From an uncultured Dehalococcoidaceae bacterium (GTDB lineage Bacteria; Chloroflexota; Dehalococcoidia; Dehalococcoidales; RBG-16-60-22), in contig CAZJGR010000003.1 in the NCBI GenBank assembly GCA_964545815.1, positions 1 to 57,745 of the forward strand: DNA of 57,745 nucleotides, in the 5' to 3' direction. Position 1 is the first letter of the stretch, and each line of letters begins with the position of its first letter. The notes under the pieces are model-generated. The model saw only the letters and a program-made list of their open reading frames with translations, did not search any database and was not told the origin of the DNA. Both the position numbers and the translations under genes were made by a program. Shown here piece by piece: positions 1 to 9,502 of the stretch.

Positions 1-261
1 AATCAGACCGAGGTGAATGGTCACCCCGTCCTCGATGACGGCCCAGGTCACGTCAGGGACGGGTACCTCGTGGTGGGGTGCGGCCATTACCGCGAACAAT
101 GCCCAGATGGAGAGGGCCAGGGAGCCGGCAATCGATAAAATGGTGATATAGCCAGCCACCTTCGATTCTGCTCTGACGAAGGGGCGGATGAAAAACCCGA
201 TGATGACAAACGAGAAGAGCGGGAGCAGGAATATCAGCCAGATAAACTGGTGCGGTATCAT
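1..261 (-). CDS. nuoL: NADH-quinone oxidoreductase subunit L, N-terminal fragment (gene runs off the left edge)
   Basis: Absent from the ORF track because it is open at the window edge. Hand translation of the reverse strand from the ATG at 261-259 gives MIPHQFIWLIFLLPLFSFVIIGFFIRPFVRAESKVAGYITILSIAGSLALSIWALFAV...TIHLGLI, a typical hydrophobic NuoL/ND5 N-terminus. It follows nuoK in operon order. Its ATG overlaps the TGA of the upstream small ORF (ATGA at 258-261). Confidence 0.8.
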   Translation of the reverse strand, partial: MIPHQFIWLIFLLPLFSFVIIGFFIRPFVRAESKVAGYITILSIAGSLALSIWALFAVMAAPHHEVPVPDVTWAVIEDGVTIHLGLI

Positions 262-452
262 AGCTTCCTCAATACGTCCCGTATCACGTGTTCTTTATCT
301 TTTGGCACCAGGATGGAGTATTCGGCAAACTCCTGTCCGATGGGTATGCCTGAGGCGGGCAGGATGCGGGCGGGAACCCCCTCTCCCTCAAAGAGCTCCT
401 TCCACATCTCGGCGACCATCAGGCTGCTTGCCTTTTTAACTTCTACCCACAT
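258..452 (-). CDS. small soluble protein, DUF2007/PII-like fold suspected, embedded in the nuo operon
   Basis: 64-aa ORF MWVEVKKASSLMVAEMWKELFEGEGVPARILP...YSILVPKDKEHVIRDVLRKL. The pattern resembles DUF2007-type small domains (recognised from memory only). It starts 4 nt after the nuoK stop and its stop overlaps the nuoL start, so it looks translationally coupled. Confidence 0.6.
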   Translation of the reverse strand: MWVEVKKASSLMVAEMWKELFEGEGVPARILPASGIPIGQEFAEYSILVPKDKEHVIRDVLRKL

Positions 453-456
453 CTCT

Positions 457-768
457 TTACCACTTCAGCAAGTCTACTTTGCTCACATCAATATCTTCTA
501 GGCCGCGGTAGATGGCGAAGATAATCGCCAGCCCCACGGCCACCTCGGCCGCGGCCACGACAATGACGAAAATGGCGAAGACCTGGCCGGTGAGCAGCGC
601 CGGCACCACGTAGCGCGAGAAGGCCACCAGCGTGATGTTGACCGCGTTGAGCATCAGCTCGACGCACATCAGGATGATGACCGCATTGCGCTTGGCCAGC
701 ACGCCGTAAAGTCCGATGGAGAACAGGATGGCGGACAGTATCAGGTAATGCTCAAGGCCTATGACCAT
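457..768 (-). CDS. nuoK: NADH-quinone oxidoreductase subunit K
   Basis: MVIGLEHYLILSAILFSIGLYGVLAKRNAVIILMCVELMLNAVN... is a canonical NuoK. I prefer the ATG at 768 (GGGAGAAA RBS upstream, 4 nt after the nuoJ stop) over the track start at 795. Confidence 0.9.
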   Translation of the reverse strand: MVIGLEHYLILSAILFSIGLYGVLAKRNAVIILMCVELMLNAVNITLVAFSRYVVPALLTGQVFAIFVIVVAAAEVAVGLAIIFAIYRGLEDIDVSKVDLLKW

Positions 769-772
769 TGGC

Positions 773-1264
773 TCATTTCTCCCTCGCCATGACAATTGCG
801 CCCAGAATGGCAGCCAGCAGTAACACCGCGGCGATTTCCACCGGCAGGAGATACCCTCCCTCCCCGAAGAGGCTGTTCGCCAGCGCCGAGGTGGTTGGTG
901 CCGTCGGGGGTATGCTTGATATCGGCCACGGTGTGTTAATCAACGTCAGGACGAGCACTTCCAGGAACAGTATGGCGACGATGAAAGCGGGTATCTGGAA
1001 ACGGCTGTTCGGGCTGCCCCGCTGTACCTCCCGGGTCATCATGATGGCCAGGATAATCAGCACCGATATGGCGCCAACGTAGACCAGTATCTGGACTGCG
1101 GCTAGGAAATCGGCGCTGAGGGTGATATATAATCCAGCCACCATTAAAAAGCAAAGTATGAGTGATAATGCCGCGCGGAAGACGTTCCGCAGCAGAACCA
1201 CGCCCAGCGCGGCGATGAGCGCCACCACCGCCAGGAGCCAGAAAGAGATAGCCAGTCCCATCAC
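773..1264 (-). CDS. nuoJ: NADH-quinone oxidoreductase subunit J
   Basis: 163-aa polytopic membrane protein (..LRNVFRAALSLILCFLMVAGLYITLSADFLAAVQILVYVGAI..). It sits between nuoI and nuoK, and its start overlaps the nuoI stop. Confidence 0.9.
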   Translation of the reverse strand: MMGLAISFWLLAVVALIAALGVVLLRNVFRAALSLILCFLMVAGLYITLSADFLAAVQILVYVGAISVLIILAIMMTREVQRGSPNSRFQIPAFIVAILFLEVLVLTLINTPWPISSIPPTAPTTSALANSLFGEGGYLLPVEIAAVLLLAAILGAIVMAREK

Positions 1265-1758
1265 CTTTTCTCCGTTACCTTTTCCACGAGCAATGTCTGT
1301 TTCGGCAATTTATGGGCTTTATCCGGATAGAAGTAGCCGCTGACTTTTCGCTCCGGTGTTTCCAGCATGGTCTCTTTGCCCTGCACCAGTTCGCCGCGGC
1401 GGTACCGGGCGCACTCAAAGGTGTGGCTGAAGTAAAGCGCCTCGTACGGGCAGGCTTCCACGCAAAGGCCGCACTGGATGCAGTAGCCGGTGTCCACCTG
1501 GTATTTCTCAACGACGTATTTGTTTTCCGTCATATCGGTCGCGGTGACGATTTCGATGGCGCCCTGAGGGCAGGTCTTGGCACAGGTGCCGCAGCCGGTG
1601 CATTTATTCTGATTCCAGACGAGCTCATTGCCCCGAAAGCGCCGCGAAATATTGAGCCTTTGCTCCGGGTACTGGTTCACCGTCGGGTGGCGGAGCAAAT
1701 GTCTGATGGTCACCGTCAGGCCCTTGGCAATGCCGATTCCGTACCGTTCAAACTTCAA
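1261..1758 (-). CDS. nuoI: NADH-quinone oxidoreductase subunit I (2x[4Fe-4S])
   Basis: Two ferredoxin motifs, CTGCGTCAKTCP and CIQCGLCVEACP, and the N-terminal GLTVTIRHL motif typical of NuoI. Confidence 0.92.
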   Translation of the reverse strand: MKFERYGIGIAKGLTVTIRHLLRHPTVNQYPEQRLNISRRFRGNELVWNQNKCTGCGTCAKTCPQGAIEIVTATDMTENKYVVEKYQVDTGYCIQCGLCVEACPYEALYFSHTFECARYRRGELVQGKETMLETPERKVSGYFYPDKAHKLPKQTLLVEKVTEKR

Positions 1759-2875
1759 TTCTGCCCCATCCTAACCTGAAGAAAAATCTCGACCATATGA
1801 GAACCATAATCGCCGTCACGGCGAAGTTGACCATAATCATGGCCCATATCAATTGCGTGGGCCAGCCGGCCAGCACCTGCAGCGCGGTGATAAACAGGTT
1901 GAGCAGCGCCATGGGGAAGAGGAACTTCCAGGCGAAGGCCATCAACTGGTCGATTCTGATTCTGGGCAGGGTGGTGCGCGTCCAGACCATGGTGCAGAAG
2001 ACGAGGACCACCTTGACCACGAACCAGAGCCACGGCGGCAGCAAAGGGCCTTTCCAGCCACCGAGGAAAAGGGTGGTGATGATGGCGGCTATGGCCACCG
2101 CCTCGGCGTACTCCACCAGATAGAACATGGCGAACTTCATGCCCGAGTACTCGGTATGGAAGCCGGCCACGATTTCCGAATCGGCCTCCATGAGGTCGAA
2201 GGGGCTGCGGTTGATTTCGGCGCAGCCGGCGGCGAAGAAGAGCAGGAAGCCCAGCGGCTGGAGCAGGATAAAGGGGATGCTCTGTGCCACCACAATCTGG
2301 TTCAGTGATAATGAGCCGGCGATGAGCACCACGCCGACAATGGCCAGCACCAGCGGGATTTCATAGCTGACGATGGCGGCCACGTTGCGCATGGCGCCGA
2401 GCAGGGAATATTTGTTGCTCGAGCCCCACCCGGCCATGAAGACGCCCACCGTGGACACCGAGCTAATGGCCACCACGTAGAGGATGCCGATGTTCAGGTC
2501 GGCCAGCAGGGCACCATTTTCGAAGGGTATCACCGCAAATATCACCAGCACCGGGGCGAAAGCAATCACCGGCGCCAGCCAGTGGACGAGCTTGTCGGCG
2601 GCGCTGGGCACGATGTTCTCCTTGAGCAGCACTTTGACCGCATCGGCCACAGGCTGGAGGAGGCCAAAAGGACCGGTGCGGTTGGGGCCGAGGCGCGATT
2701 GCATCCTCCCCATCCCCCGCCGCTCGATGTAGATGACCCCCATCACCATACTCAGCACAAAGCCGATGATGACCACGGTGAAGAAGAGCCAGTGCCACCA
2801 GAACCCCCCCGGCCAGTCCGGAGGGACGGCCTGAAAAGCGACCAGACTATAAATATCAAAATTAAATGTTGCCAT
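1748..2875 (-). CDS. nuoH: NADH-quinone oxidoreductase subunit H
   Basis: 375-aa membrane protein with [32 protein letters not shown] and [15 protein letters not shown], which are NuoH/ND1 signatures. Confidence 0.93.
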   Translation of the reverse strand: [375 protein letters not shown]

Positions 2876-3978
2876 TAGCGGTCAATCTCACCCACGGTGA
2901 TATCAATGCTGCCAAAAATAATAATTAAATCGGCCACCTTCCAGCCGCGCACCATATCGCGCAGCGCCGTCAAATTTATCAGGCTCGGCGGGCGGATATG
3001 GCAGCGGTATGGAGCTATTGAATTATCGGACACCAGATAAAAGCCGAGTTCACCCTTCGGTGCCTCAATGCGGGCGTAGGCTTCACCGGCTGGGGGCCGG
3101 ACAAGGTGGGGCACGTCGGCTTTCACCGGGCCGGGAGGTATCTGCTCCATCGCCTGCCGGATAATGCGCAGGCTCTGCCGCATCTCCTCGACCCTCTGGC
3201 GGTAGCGGTCATAGCAGTCGCCGTTTGTCTGCGTCGGCACGTCAAAGTCAAAGCGGTCGTAGACGGAATAGGGGTCAGCCTTGCGGATGTCCCACTTCAC
3301 GCCGCTGGCACGCAGCACCGGACCGCTGACTGAGCTGTTAATCGCCTGTTCTCTGGTCAGAATGCCAACGCCCCTGGCGCGGGCAATCAGTATTTCGTTC
3401 TGCATCAGAAGCTGGTCGTACTCGTCAAGAAAGCGCGGCATCATGGCCATGAACTTGTGCAGGGCGGGCAGGAACTCCTCGGGCAGGTCCTGGCTGACAC
3501 CGCCCACCCGCATGTAGTTATAGGTCAGTCGCTGGCCGCTAGCCATCTCGAATAAATCAACGATTCGCTCCCGCTCCCGGAACATATAGAGGAAGGGTGT
3601 GAAGTAGGCACCGCAGTCGTTCAGAAAGGCGCCGACGGCAATGAGCAGGGCGGCGATGCGCTGGAGTTCGGCCATAATCACCCGTATATACTCGGCGTGC
3701 TCCGGCACCCTGATTCCCGCCAGCTTCTCCACGGCCAGGCAGTAGGCCAAGTTGTTGTTCATCGATGAGATATAGTCCAGCCGGTCGGTAAGCGGGATGA
3801 TGCCGGTGTAAGTCCGCTGTTCGGCGAGCTTCTCTATGCCGCGGTGCAGGTAGCCGAAAACCGGCTCAATATCGATAACCACCTCACCATCGAGGGTGGC
3901 CCGCATGCGAAATACGCCGTGGGTGCTGGGGTGCACCGGGCCCATATTGAGCACAAAAGGTTCGGTTCGCAGTGCCAT
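2875..3978 (-). CDS. nuoD: NADH-quinone oxidoreductase subunit D
   Basis: 367 aa. [24 protein letters not shown] and the C-terminal [17 protein letters not shown] are NuoD/49-kDa subunit motifs. Confidence 0.93.
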
Positions 3979-4418
3979 TACTTGAAGTCCTTCCGCAGGG
4001 GATGTCCGGCAAAACCTTCCCAGAGGAAGATGCGCTTCATGTTGGGATGACCTTCGAACTTGATGCCAAAGAGGTCGTAAATCTCTCTCTCCTGAAAATC
4101 AGCCCCCTGCCACAGTCCCACCACCGAAGGCGTAATCGGGTTCTCGCGGTCGTAGCATCGGGTCTTGATGGTCAGGCTGTGGTTGTGTTCTAGGGAACTG
4201 AGCCAATAAACAACTTCAAAGTGGTCGTAGTAATCGACGGCGGTGATGAAATTGAGGAAGTCGAAATCCAGGCCTTCGGTATCCTTGAGAAAACGGGCGA
4301 CATCAGGCAGGGAATCGCTCCTCACCACCAGGCTATCCTGGCTGGATTCCACCACGCTGCCGGGGAACTTATCTTCTATTTTACGGGCAACTTCCTTGCC
4401 GGAAAGGTAAACCGTCAT
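3978..4418 (-). CDS. nuoC: NADH-quinone oxidoreductase subunit C
   Basis: 146 aa. ..[29 protein letters not shown] is the NuoC/30-kDa signature. It lies between nuoB and nuoD with 1-4 nt overlaps. Confidence 0.9.
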   Translation of the reverse strand: MTVYLSGKEVARKIEDKFPGSVVESSQDSLVVRSDSLPDVARFLKDTEGLDFDFLNFITAVDYYDHFEVVYWLSSLEHNHSLTIKTRCYDRENPITPSVVGLWQGADFQEREIYDLFGIKFEGHPNMKRIFLWEGFAGHPLRKDFK

Positions 4419-5032
4419 CTTTCGAGCCGCTTTCTCACATAAATGTTTTTGCGTCGGGCAATTTTTTTCTGCAGCATCTGAATGCCATAAATGAGGGCTT
4501 CGGGGCGTGGGGGGCAGCCCGGGACATAGACATCCACCGGAATGATGCGGTTATAGCCCGGCACCACAGCATACGATGCCGAGGCGAAAATGCCGCCGCT
4601 GATGGCGCAGGCGCCCATGGCAATGACCCATTTCGGCTCCGCCATCTGGTGGTAGATGCGCCTCACGTTCGGTGCCATCTTCCAGGTGAGGGTGCCGGCG
4701 GTAATCATCAGGTCAGCCTGACGGGGCGAGGCGCGCATTATTTCCATGCCGAACCGTGCCAGGTCGAAACGTGGCCCGTTGGCGGCAATGAGCTCAAAGG
4801 CACAGCAGGCCGGGAAGCAGATGGCCGGCCAGAGCGAGGAGCGCCGCCCCCAGTTAATCAGCGCATCTACCGTGGTCAGCAGGATATTCTGCTCCAGCTC
4901 CTCATCAAGCCACTGGTCAGGGTCAGGAATCGGTTCCTGGCTATCTGCTTTCAGGCTTTCGATAACCTGACCCTCTTCCCGGTCCAGCTCGATATCGGAA
5001 TAAATGTATTTCCCGGCGGGCTTTATTTCCAT
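4415..5032 (-). CDS. nuoB: NADH-quinone oxidoreductase subunit B (with acidic N-terminal extension)
   Basis: [15 protein letters not shown]...[10 protein letters not shown]...[14 protein letters not shown] are the NuoB/PSST cluster N2 motifs. The first ~50 aa (..[32 protein letters not shown]) are an extra acidic segment. Confidence 0.9.
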   Translation of the reverse strand: MEIKPAGKYIYSDIELDREEGQVIESLKADSQEPIPDPDQWLDEELEQNILLTTVDALINWGRRSSLWPAICFPACCAFELIAANGPRFDLARFGMEIMRASPRQADLMITAGTLTWKMAPNVRRIYHQMAEPKWVIAMGACAISGGIFASASYAVVPGYNRIIPVDVYVPGCPPRPEALIYGIQMLQKKIARRKNIYVRKRLER

Positions 5033-5394
5033 TCCAGAGCCTTCTTTTTCCAGGCGTAAACGTAGCCAACCAGTATAATGGCCACCAGAATCAATATCGC
5101 GATAAAGCTGGCGCTGCCCAGTGCTCGCAGGTGGACTGCCCAGGGGTACAGGAAGACCACCAGGACATCAAGGGCCAGAAATATCAGGGCATAGAAGTAG
5201 TAATGGAAGTTGAACTGGACCCAGGTCTTGCCGATGGTCTCCATGCCGCATTCAAAGGTGGAGTTCTTGATGGGATTGGGATTATGAGGAACGATTTTAA
5301 GGAACCTGAGGGCGATGGGGATGATTACCATGAAAAGGGTGAATAGAACCGCGGCAATGACGAACAGCCCAATTGAGCCATAATTTGCGAGCAA
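5023..5394 (-). CDS. nuoA: NADH-quinone oxidoreductase subunit A
   Basis: 123 aa with 3 TM segments. ..[43 protein letters not shown] is the NuoA/ND3 signature. TTG start with a GGTGAGG RBS. Confidence 0.9.
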   Translation of the reverse strand: MLANYGSIGLFVIAAVLFTLFMVIIPIALRFLKIVPHNPNPIKNSTFECGMETIGKTWVQFNFHYYFYALIFLALDVLVVFLYPWAVHLRALGSASFIAILILVAIILVGYVYAWKKKALEWK

Positions 5395-5427
5395 CTACCT
5401 GCCTCACCAAGTAAAATTTATGTTCGT

Positions 5428-5457
5428 AGTATATCATACTCGTTTTTTCCAAGGCAA
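5428..5457 (-). promoter_or_regulatory. candidate sigma70-like promoter for the nuo operon
   Basis: On the reverse strand: TTGCCT (5457-5452), an 18-nt spacer, then TATACT (5433-5428), about 35 nt upstream of the nuoA start. This is a consensus match only. Confidence 0.35.
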
Positions 5458-5486
5458 GTTATTTCCAGAAGCGGCTCTTTTCCAGT

Positions 5487-5744
5487 TTAACTGCGGAAGA
5501 TTAACAGGAAGACGGCGGCAATGGAGCTGATGAAGGAGGCAATACCGGTAACGACGAAGACCTTCACCAGGATATTTCTGACCATCTCCAGTGTCTCGTA
5601 GGGCCAGTGGAGTTGCTCAATATAGGCGTTAAACCAGCCCTCCCCGATCATAAAGACAATGATGGTCAGGAAAGCGGAGATGAAGAAGATGTAAAGTGCC
5701 ACTTTAAGACTGGTATTCCCGGTGTCTTTAGCCTCGTTTGCCAT
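5487..5744 (-). CDS. small membrane protein (2 predicted TM helices), unknown function
   Basis: 85-aa ORF with two long hydrophobic stretches (LKVALYIFFISAFLTIIVFMI; VKVFVVTGIASFISSIAAVFLLIF). No family recognised. Confidence 0.55.
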   Translation of the reverse strand: MANEAKDTGNTSLKVALYIFFISAFLTIIVFMIGEGWFNAYIEQLHWPYETLEMVRNILVKVFVVTGIASFISSIAAVFLLIFRS

Positions 5745-5862
5745 ATCACGTCACCTGATGAATGATGAAAGAGGTAAAGGAAGTATAAAACGGGTTTTGT
5801 GCAATGTCAACATTAAACGAATAAAACAGGTAGTTCTGGTAAGTGTTAGCCTCTGGTTTCCA

Positions 5863-5892
5863 TTGACATCGCCTTCGCTCCTTTTGTAAACT
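5863..5892 (+). promoter_or_regulatory. candidate promoter for tldD-pmbA
   Basis: TTGACA (5863-5868), an 18-nt spacer, then TAAACT (5887-5892), about 55 nt upstream of the tldD ATG. Confidence 0.35.
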
Positions 5893-5945
5893 GACTTCGT
5901 CCAAGCATTGAACTGTTACTATTTTTAGTCCGGAGCGATACCATC

Positions 5946-7319
5946 ATGACATTGGAAAACGTGGCTCAGGAACTGGCCGAATTGCTCAGGCGTGGCCAAG
6001 CTGATTATATTGAAGCCCATCTTGAAGAGAGCCAGACCAGCCACATCATGTATCGGGGAAGGGAACTGGAGTCGGTCGGCAGGGCGGAAGCGGTCGGCGG
6101 CAACGTACGGGCAATGGTCAAGGGGGGCTGGGGCTTTGTCAGCTTCAACAGTCTGGATGATATGCGGGGCCGGGTTGAGATGGCCATCAGCCAGGCCAGG
6201 CTGGTCGGCAGTGAGACCAGCCAGCTCACCGCGGTGCCGCCTGTGGTTGACCGGGTGCCGGCGGGGGTGGATAGAGACCCCGTGGCCATGCCACTGGCCG
6301 AAAAAAAACAGATACTGGACGAGTACAATGAGATTATCTGGCGGCAGCCCGAGATACGGACTTCTAACATTGGCTACGGTGATAGCCGCCGGAAGACCAT
6401 TTTCCTGAATTCATTGGGCAGCTATATTGACCAGGAAAGGGCGGACATTGCCCTGCGCATCGCGGCCGTTGCCGCTCGAGATGGCGATGTCCAGCAGGCG
6501 GGGCTGAGCATGGGCAGTCGTGGAGACCTGGCTCCAATCCGACAGCTCCACCAGGAGGTGGAGCACCTGTCGCGCCACGTCGTGGCGCTGCTCTCAGCAC
6601 CACAGGCCAGGGGTGGGGAGTACACGGTGGTCCTTGACCCGGTGCTGGCCGGTGTCTTTGTCCATGAAGCCTTCGGCCACCTGTCTGAGTCAGATTTCGT
6701 CTACGAAAACGAGCGCCTGCGTGAGCTTATGGCGCTGGGTAAACAGTTCGGCAGCCGAGAGCTCAATATCGTGGATACGGCCACGCTGCCCGGACTTCGT
6801 GGCAGCTATAAATACGATGATGAAGGCGTTCCCGCCGGCAAGACATATCTCATCAGGGAAGGCAAACTGGTGGGTAGACTGCACTCAAGGGAGACGGCGG
6901 CCAAAATGAAGGAGAAACCAACCGGCAATGCCCGCGCCATAAGCTACCGCTTCCCTCCCATCGTCCGCATGACCAATACCTATATTGAGCCGGGAATAGT
7001 TTCGTTTGAGGACATGGTCGGTGACATCAAAGAGGGAATCTATGCCAGGAACTGGTACGGGGGCACCACGAGCATGGAGATGTTCACCTTTTCCGCCGGC
7101 GAGGCCTATATGATACGCAATGGCAAAATCGCTGAGGCGCTGCGCCCCGTGGTGCTGACCGGCAACGTGTTCGAAACACTCCGGAACATCGATGCCATTG
7201 GCAATGACCTTGAGATGAACCAGGGAGGCGGCTGTGGCAAGGCCGGGCAGATGCCACTGCCGGTGGCCAATGGCAGCCCCCATATCCGGCTCCGCCGCTG
7301 CCTGGTGGGAGGCAAATAA
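5946..7319 (+). CDS. tldD: TldD family metalloprotease
   Basis: 457 aa. The HEAFGHLSE zinc motif (HExxxH) and the C-terminal GGGCGKAGQ..PV..G.P are typical of TldD. Confidence 0.9.
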   Translation: MTLENVAQELAELLRRGQADYIEAHLEESQTSHIMYRGRELESVGRAEAVGGNVRAMVKGGWGFVSFNSLDDMRGRVEMAISQARLVGSETSQLTAVPPVVDRVPAGVDRDPVAMPLAEKKQILDEYNEIIWRQPEIRTSNIGYGDSRRKTIFLNSLGSYIDQERADIALRIAAVAARDGDVQQAGLSMGSRGDLAPIRQLHQEVEHLSRHVVALLSAPQARGGEYTVVLDPVLAGVFVHEAFGHLSESDFVYENERLRELMALGKQFGSRELNIVDTATLPGLRGSYKYDDEGVPAGKTYLIREGKLVGRLHSRETAAKMKEKPTGNARAISYRFPPIVRMTNTYIEPGIVSFEDMVGDIKEGIYARNWYGGTTSMEMFTFSAGEAYMIRNGKIAEALRPVVLTGNVFETLRNIDAIGNDLEMNQGGGCGKAGQMPLPVANGSPHIRLRRCLVGGK

Positions 7320-8624
7320 GTGGAAGAGATATTAATGCAGGCCAAAAAAGCCGCCGAGGAAGCGGAGGTATTTTCCGTCTCCTCTGAGGAAACTCAGGTT
7401 CATTTTGAGGCCAACCGGCTGAAGCACCTCCAGACCAAGCAGCAGACCAGCACGGCGTTGCGCATCATTCGCCGGGGCAGGATTGGTTATGCCATCACCA
7501 CCAACCCTGATGACCATCCAAATCTGACCGACAATGCGGTGGAGACCGCGCAATTCGGGGTGCTGGCCAGGTTTGAAATGCCAGCCGCGAGTTCATATCC
7601 GCAGATTGAGGTTTACCGCGCCGAGGTTGAGTCAGTACCTGTGGCAGCGCTGGTTGAACTCGGTGAGGAGCTCATTTCTGCGGTTACCAGGCATACGCCG
7701 GGCATTATCTGTGAAGCGGAGGTATCCCGAGGCGTGATTTCAGTACGGCTGATGAATTCTCGCGGCGGGCAGGCGGAATACCGTAAAAGCCATTTCAGCG
7801 TTGGCCTGGAGGGCAATTTAATCAAGGACACCGATATGCTTTTTGTTGGCGATGGCACCAGCTCATGTCAGCCGATATTGAAACCGGACATCGTAATTGA
7901 CAACGTGCTCCAGCAACTGGAGCTGGCCAGGGACCAGTCATCAGTGTCCACCAAACCAATGCCGGTGGTCTTCACCCCGCATGGCGTGGCCAGTGCCCTC
8001 ATCACGCCACTGATGGCGGCCTTCAATGGCAAGACCGTTCTGGAAGGGGCTTCCCCGGTCGGGCAAAAACGGGGTGAAGTCGTCTTTGACCGGAAATTCC
8101 AGCTATGGGATGACCCGACGGTCAATTTCCAGCCGAGCAGTCGGCCCTGCGATGACGAGGGTGTGCCCAGCCAGCGCACCCCCCTTATTGAGGCCGGGAG
8201 AGTCGCCAATTTCCTCTACGACCTTCAGACCGCGGCTCTGGCCAAGACCCGTAGTACCGGCAATGGCAGCCGTGGTCATGGTGGACTGCCCGCACCCTCC
8301 CCGAGCGCCTTTGTCATTGCCCCGGGCAGCACCACCTTTGACGAGATGGTCAGCGACATCAAGGAGGGGCTGGTGGTGGAGCAGCTTATGGGTGCGGCCC
8401 AGGGAAACATTCTGGGCGGCGATTTCAGCGGCAATGTCCTGCTCGGCTACAAGGTGGAAAATGGTAAAATAGTGGGCAGGGTGAAGGATACCATGGTCTC
8501 CGGGAATGTCTATCAGGTGCTGAAGGAAATCGTTGCTCTTGGCAGCAAGGCCAGGTGGGTGGCTGACTTTTTACAGACCCCGCACATATACTGTCCCGCG
8601 CTATCAGTGGCCAGCAAGGGATAG
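7320..8624 (+). CDS. pmbA: PmbA/TldE family metalloprotease partner
   Basis: 434 aa, starting immediately after the tldD stop (GTG at 7320; alternative ATG at 7335). PmbA/TldD-fold sequence lacking the HExxxH motif, with the typical C-terminal ..GDFSGNV..GYKVENGKIVGRV. Confidence 0.85.
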   Translation: MEEILMQAKKAAEEAEVFSVSSEETQVHFEANRLKHLQTKQQTSTALRIIRRGRIGYAITTNPDDHPNLTDNAVETAQFGVLARFEMPAASSYPQIEVYRAEVESVPVAALVELGEELISAVTRHTPGIICEAEVSRGVISVRLMNSRGGQAEYRKSHFSVGLEGNLIKDTDMLFVGDGTSSCQPILKPDIVIDNVLQQLELARDQSSVSTKPMPVVFTPHGVASALITPLMAAFNGKTVLEGASPVGQKRGEVVFDRKFQLWDDPTVNFQPSSRPCDDEGVPSQRTPLIEAGRVANFLYDLQTAALAKTRSTGNGSRGHGGLPAPSPSAFVIAPGSTTFDEMVSDIKEGLVVEQLMGAAQGNILGGDFSGNVLLGYKVENGKIVGRVKDTMVSGNVYQVLKEIVALGSKARWVADFLQTPHIYCPALSVASKG

Positions 8625-8690
8625 TTTTTCTGACGGGTAGTCCACATGTGTTGCCTTCCTTTAGCACCATATTAAGTGAGGTGTGGTGAA

Positions 8691-9482
8691 ATGAATGAGT
8701 TAGTCAGTCTTCGCATTCGTCCCAGGCTGAGTGCCCCGAATATGCTGGCCGCCTGGCCAGGTGTCGGGAACGTGGCTATGATTGTGGCCACGTATCTCCA
8801 GAGGAAGCTGGATTTCAAAGAGCTTGGTGAGATAGAACCATCTTACTTCTTCGACCCCGTCGGCGTGGTGGTCAAAGATAATGTGGTTGAGGAGCCAAGG
8901 TTCCCGCAGAGCAAGTTCTACTACTGGAAGAACCGTGGTAAAGGAAGCGACCTTATCATGTTCATCGGCGAGGACCAGCCGGCTGCCAAAGGCTATGAGC
9001 TGGCCAACTGCGTCCTTGATGTGGCCGAGAAATTCAAGGTGCCGAGGATATTCACCTGTGCCGCGGCGCTGACTCGCATTCATCACAGCGAATCGCCCGG
9101 GGTGCTGGGAGTGGCGACCAATCCATCGGCCGCCGCCATTTTCAAGAAGTACAACCTGATACATGCCGGCAACCTGCAAATTGCGGGACTGAATGGGTTG
9201 CTATTGGGGGTGGCCAAGGAGAGGGAAATCGAGGGCATCTGTCTGCTCGGGGAGGTGCCGGTCTACGCCACCCGCATTCAGAACCCGATGGCGGCGCTGG
9301 CGGTGCTCGAGGTGCTGACCACGATGCTCGGTGTGGAGGTTGACCTTGATGAACTGGCGCAGCTGGCGGTGGAAACAAAGCAAAGAATGAAGCAGGTGGC
9401 CTCGCAGGCGATGGGCGAGTATATTGACTATTTCACCGAGCCGATATGGGAGCGTGGTGAGGAAGAGGAGGACGAGGAGTAG
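8691..9482 (+). CDS. PAC2 (proteasome-assembly-chaperone-2-like) family protein with acidic C-terminal tail
   Basis: ..PNMLAAWPGVGNVAMIVATYL... resembles the bacterial PAC2/DUF75 family (from memory). The C-terminus is WERGEEEEDEE. I prefer the ATG at 8691 (GAGGTG RBS 7 nt upstream) over the GTG at 8676. Confidence 0.65.
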   Translation: MNELVSLRIRPRLSAPNMLAAWPGVGNVAMIVATYLQRKLDFKELGEIEPSYFFDPVGVVVKDNVVEEPRFPQSKFYYWKNRGKGSDLIMFIGEDQPAAKGYELANCVLDVAEKFKVPRIFTCAAALTRIHHSESPGVLGVATNPSAAAIFKKYNLIHAGNLQIAGLNGLLLGVAKEREIEGICLLGEVPVYATRIQNPMAALAVLEVLTTMLGVEVDLDELAQLAVETKQRMKQVASQAMGEYIDYFTEPIWERGEEEEDEE

Positions 9483-9502
9483 TAACCCGAGGTCAAAGCA
9501 CT

